The notes under the pieces: model-generated
Told to the model about the DNA's origin: nothing
The model's database searches: none
Seen by the model: the letters and a program-made list of their open reading frames with translations, nothing else
Program-made: the position numbers and the translations under genes
Source: Fibrobacter succinogenes subsp. succinogenes S85
GTDB taxonomy: Bacteria > Fibrobacterota > Fibrobacteria > Fibrobacterales > Fibrobacteraceae
Assembly: GCF_000146505.1 (NCBI RefSeq)
Contig: NC_017448.1
Location: forward strand, 1,830,001 to 1,862,000
Length of the DNA: 32,000 bases
Direction: 5' to 3'
Part shown: positions 31,044 to 32,000 of the stretch, one piece after another
How positions within the stretch are numbered: position 1 is the first letter of the stretch
Layout: every line of letters begins with the position of its first letter

Positions 31044-32000
31044 TTAAGCGATAACAGGTGTGAACCCTCTTTTGTGCGTGTAGCACAAAGGAATCTTTTT
31101 CGTAGAATCGTCTGCAATTTTGACAATTGTTAGACTGGTTCGTTCAAGCAGCCAAATATCATCAGCTTCTTGCGTGATTTCCAGGACTTCATTGAGTTCA
31201 GTCAATGGAGCGGGTTTCGGTTCATCAAATTTTGCGCGACTTAGCGGGCAGAGAATCAAAATGGATATATTCAATTCCATGGCGAGATTTTTCAGCGTCC
31301 AAGTCGCCATCTTTAATGATTCAGCCTTATTTGCGCTAGAACGAATTTTCAGCAAATGCAGGTAATCAATGATTAGCACGTCTAATGACTTCAGTTGTTT
31401 GTAGAGTCTTGCTTTTTGAGCCAGCTCTGTAAGATCCATATTGGTCGCATCTTCAATTCGTAGATGCGAATGCATGATTTTACCCACCGATGTCACGAGC
31501 ATTTGAGTCTCGGTTTTATCAAGCGCTTCTTCGCAAATTTTACTATAGTCTACACCAGCATACTGGCAAAGGAGCTGTTCGCCACGCCGCGTTCCACAGT
31601 TATCCAAGCTGAAATAAACGACACCCTTGCCATCATCCAACGCAGCACTCGCCGCAACGTTCAACGCAAACGTTCTGATTCCGACCCCCGCATGCGCCGC
31701 AAGAATTGTCAATGCACCTCTACGAAGACGATTCGCCCAGTCCGCCTTACCCGTGTAAGAGCGTTCCATTTCGGCTTGCAACTTTTTCAGATTATTGATT
31801 TTTTGCGGCAGAAATTTTTCAAGGCATTTCTTTTGCTTCACAAAAATTTTATGAATTGCATCTTCGAGCGAAAGCGGTTCCAACAGCAAGGCGGCACATT
31901 GCGCATTGCCCGAATATTCATCAAGCTGCTTTTGTGCAGAATCATCAAATTCACGCCAAATGCTGGGCTTCGGAAACCACTGTGCAATACTTGTAAGCGC
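31044..32000 (-). CDS. DnaB-like helicase C-terminal (RecA-fold) domain protein with degenerate catalytic motifs; N-terminus lies beyond the window
   Basis: The frame stays open to base 32000; the track start at 31889 is a TTG artefact. ILAAHAGVGIRTFALN, FSLDN, VLIIDYLHLL, CPLSR and EITQEAD are collinear with the DnaB motifs ARPSMGKTAFALN, FSLEM, IDYLQL, SQLNR and IEQDAD. Confidence 0.75.
   Translation of the reverse strand, partial: ALTSIAQWFPKPSIWREFDDSAQKQLDEYSGNAQCAALLLEPLSLEDAIHKIFVKQKKCLEKFLPQKINNLKKLQAEMERSYTGKADWANRLRRGALTILAAHAGVGIRTFALNVAASAALDDGKGVVYFSLDNCGTRRGEQLLCQYAGVDYSKICEEALDKTETQMLVTSVGKIMHSHLRIEDATNMDLTELAQKARLYKQLKSLDVLIIDYLHLLKIRSSANKAESLKMATWTLKNLAMELNISILILCPLSRAKFDEPKPAPLTELNEVLEITQEADDIWLLERTSLTIVKIADDSTKKIPLCYTHKRGFTPVIA

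Overview
This is a 32-kb chromosomal window with dense coding on both strands. It most resembles a Fibrobacter-like (FCB-group) genome. That assignment is an inference from a TIGR02147-type paralog, many lipoproteins with Ser-rich linkers, and a family of GC-rich TGTCATYCC hairpins in intergenic regions.

Core content, in order:
- a 5'-truncated sigma-54 activator
- a cobalamin riboswitch controlling a btuB-like TonB-dependent receptor (interrupted by one in-frame TAG) and a beta-propeller lipoprotein
- an EamA transporter, a repeat-domain lipoprotein, metY and a BASS symporter
- a YidE/YbjL-type transporter
- a MerR plus MBL-hydrolase operon, divergent from a Nudix gene, then a patatin gene
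- a TIGR02147 / lipoprotein / trmB-like operon
- a lipoprotein plus an M6-type secreted metalloprotease
- a translationally coupled hisE-hisG-EAL-recR-engB-MlaE/F-like-pyrC string
- an OmpA-like lipoprotein
- a bacterial-type PARG macrodomain protein
- a DnaB-like protein with degenerate catalytic motifs, which runs off the window

The most unusual region is 9.3-11.7 kb. It is an AT-rich island of five minus-strand ORFs that I could not assign to any family: a 62-aa hyper-acidic protein, a coupled 127/207/82-aa trio, and a 49-aa membrane peptide. Two transcription units in it are each preceded by a copy of a ~150-nt non-coding element. The central hairpin of that element keeps its pairing through two compensatory substitutions between the copies. 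This is my best candidate for an undescribed accessory system, but its function cannot be derived from sequence alone.

Other notable points:
- a 66-bp in-frame insertion in the trmB-like gene that carries one of the hairpin elements
- a phased CAACGC direct-repeat array upstream of the TIGR02147 gene

No rRNA, tRNA, CRISPR array, transposase or integrase was found. All calls come from reading the sequence and the ORF track by eye; no database search was run.
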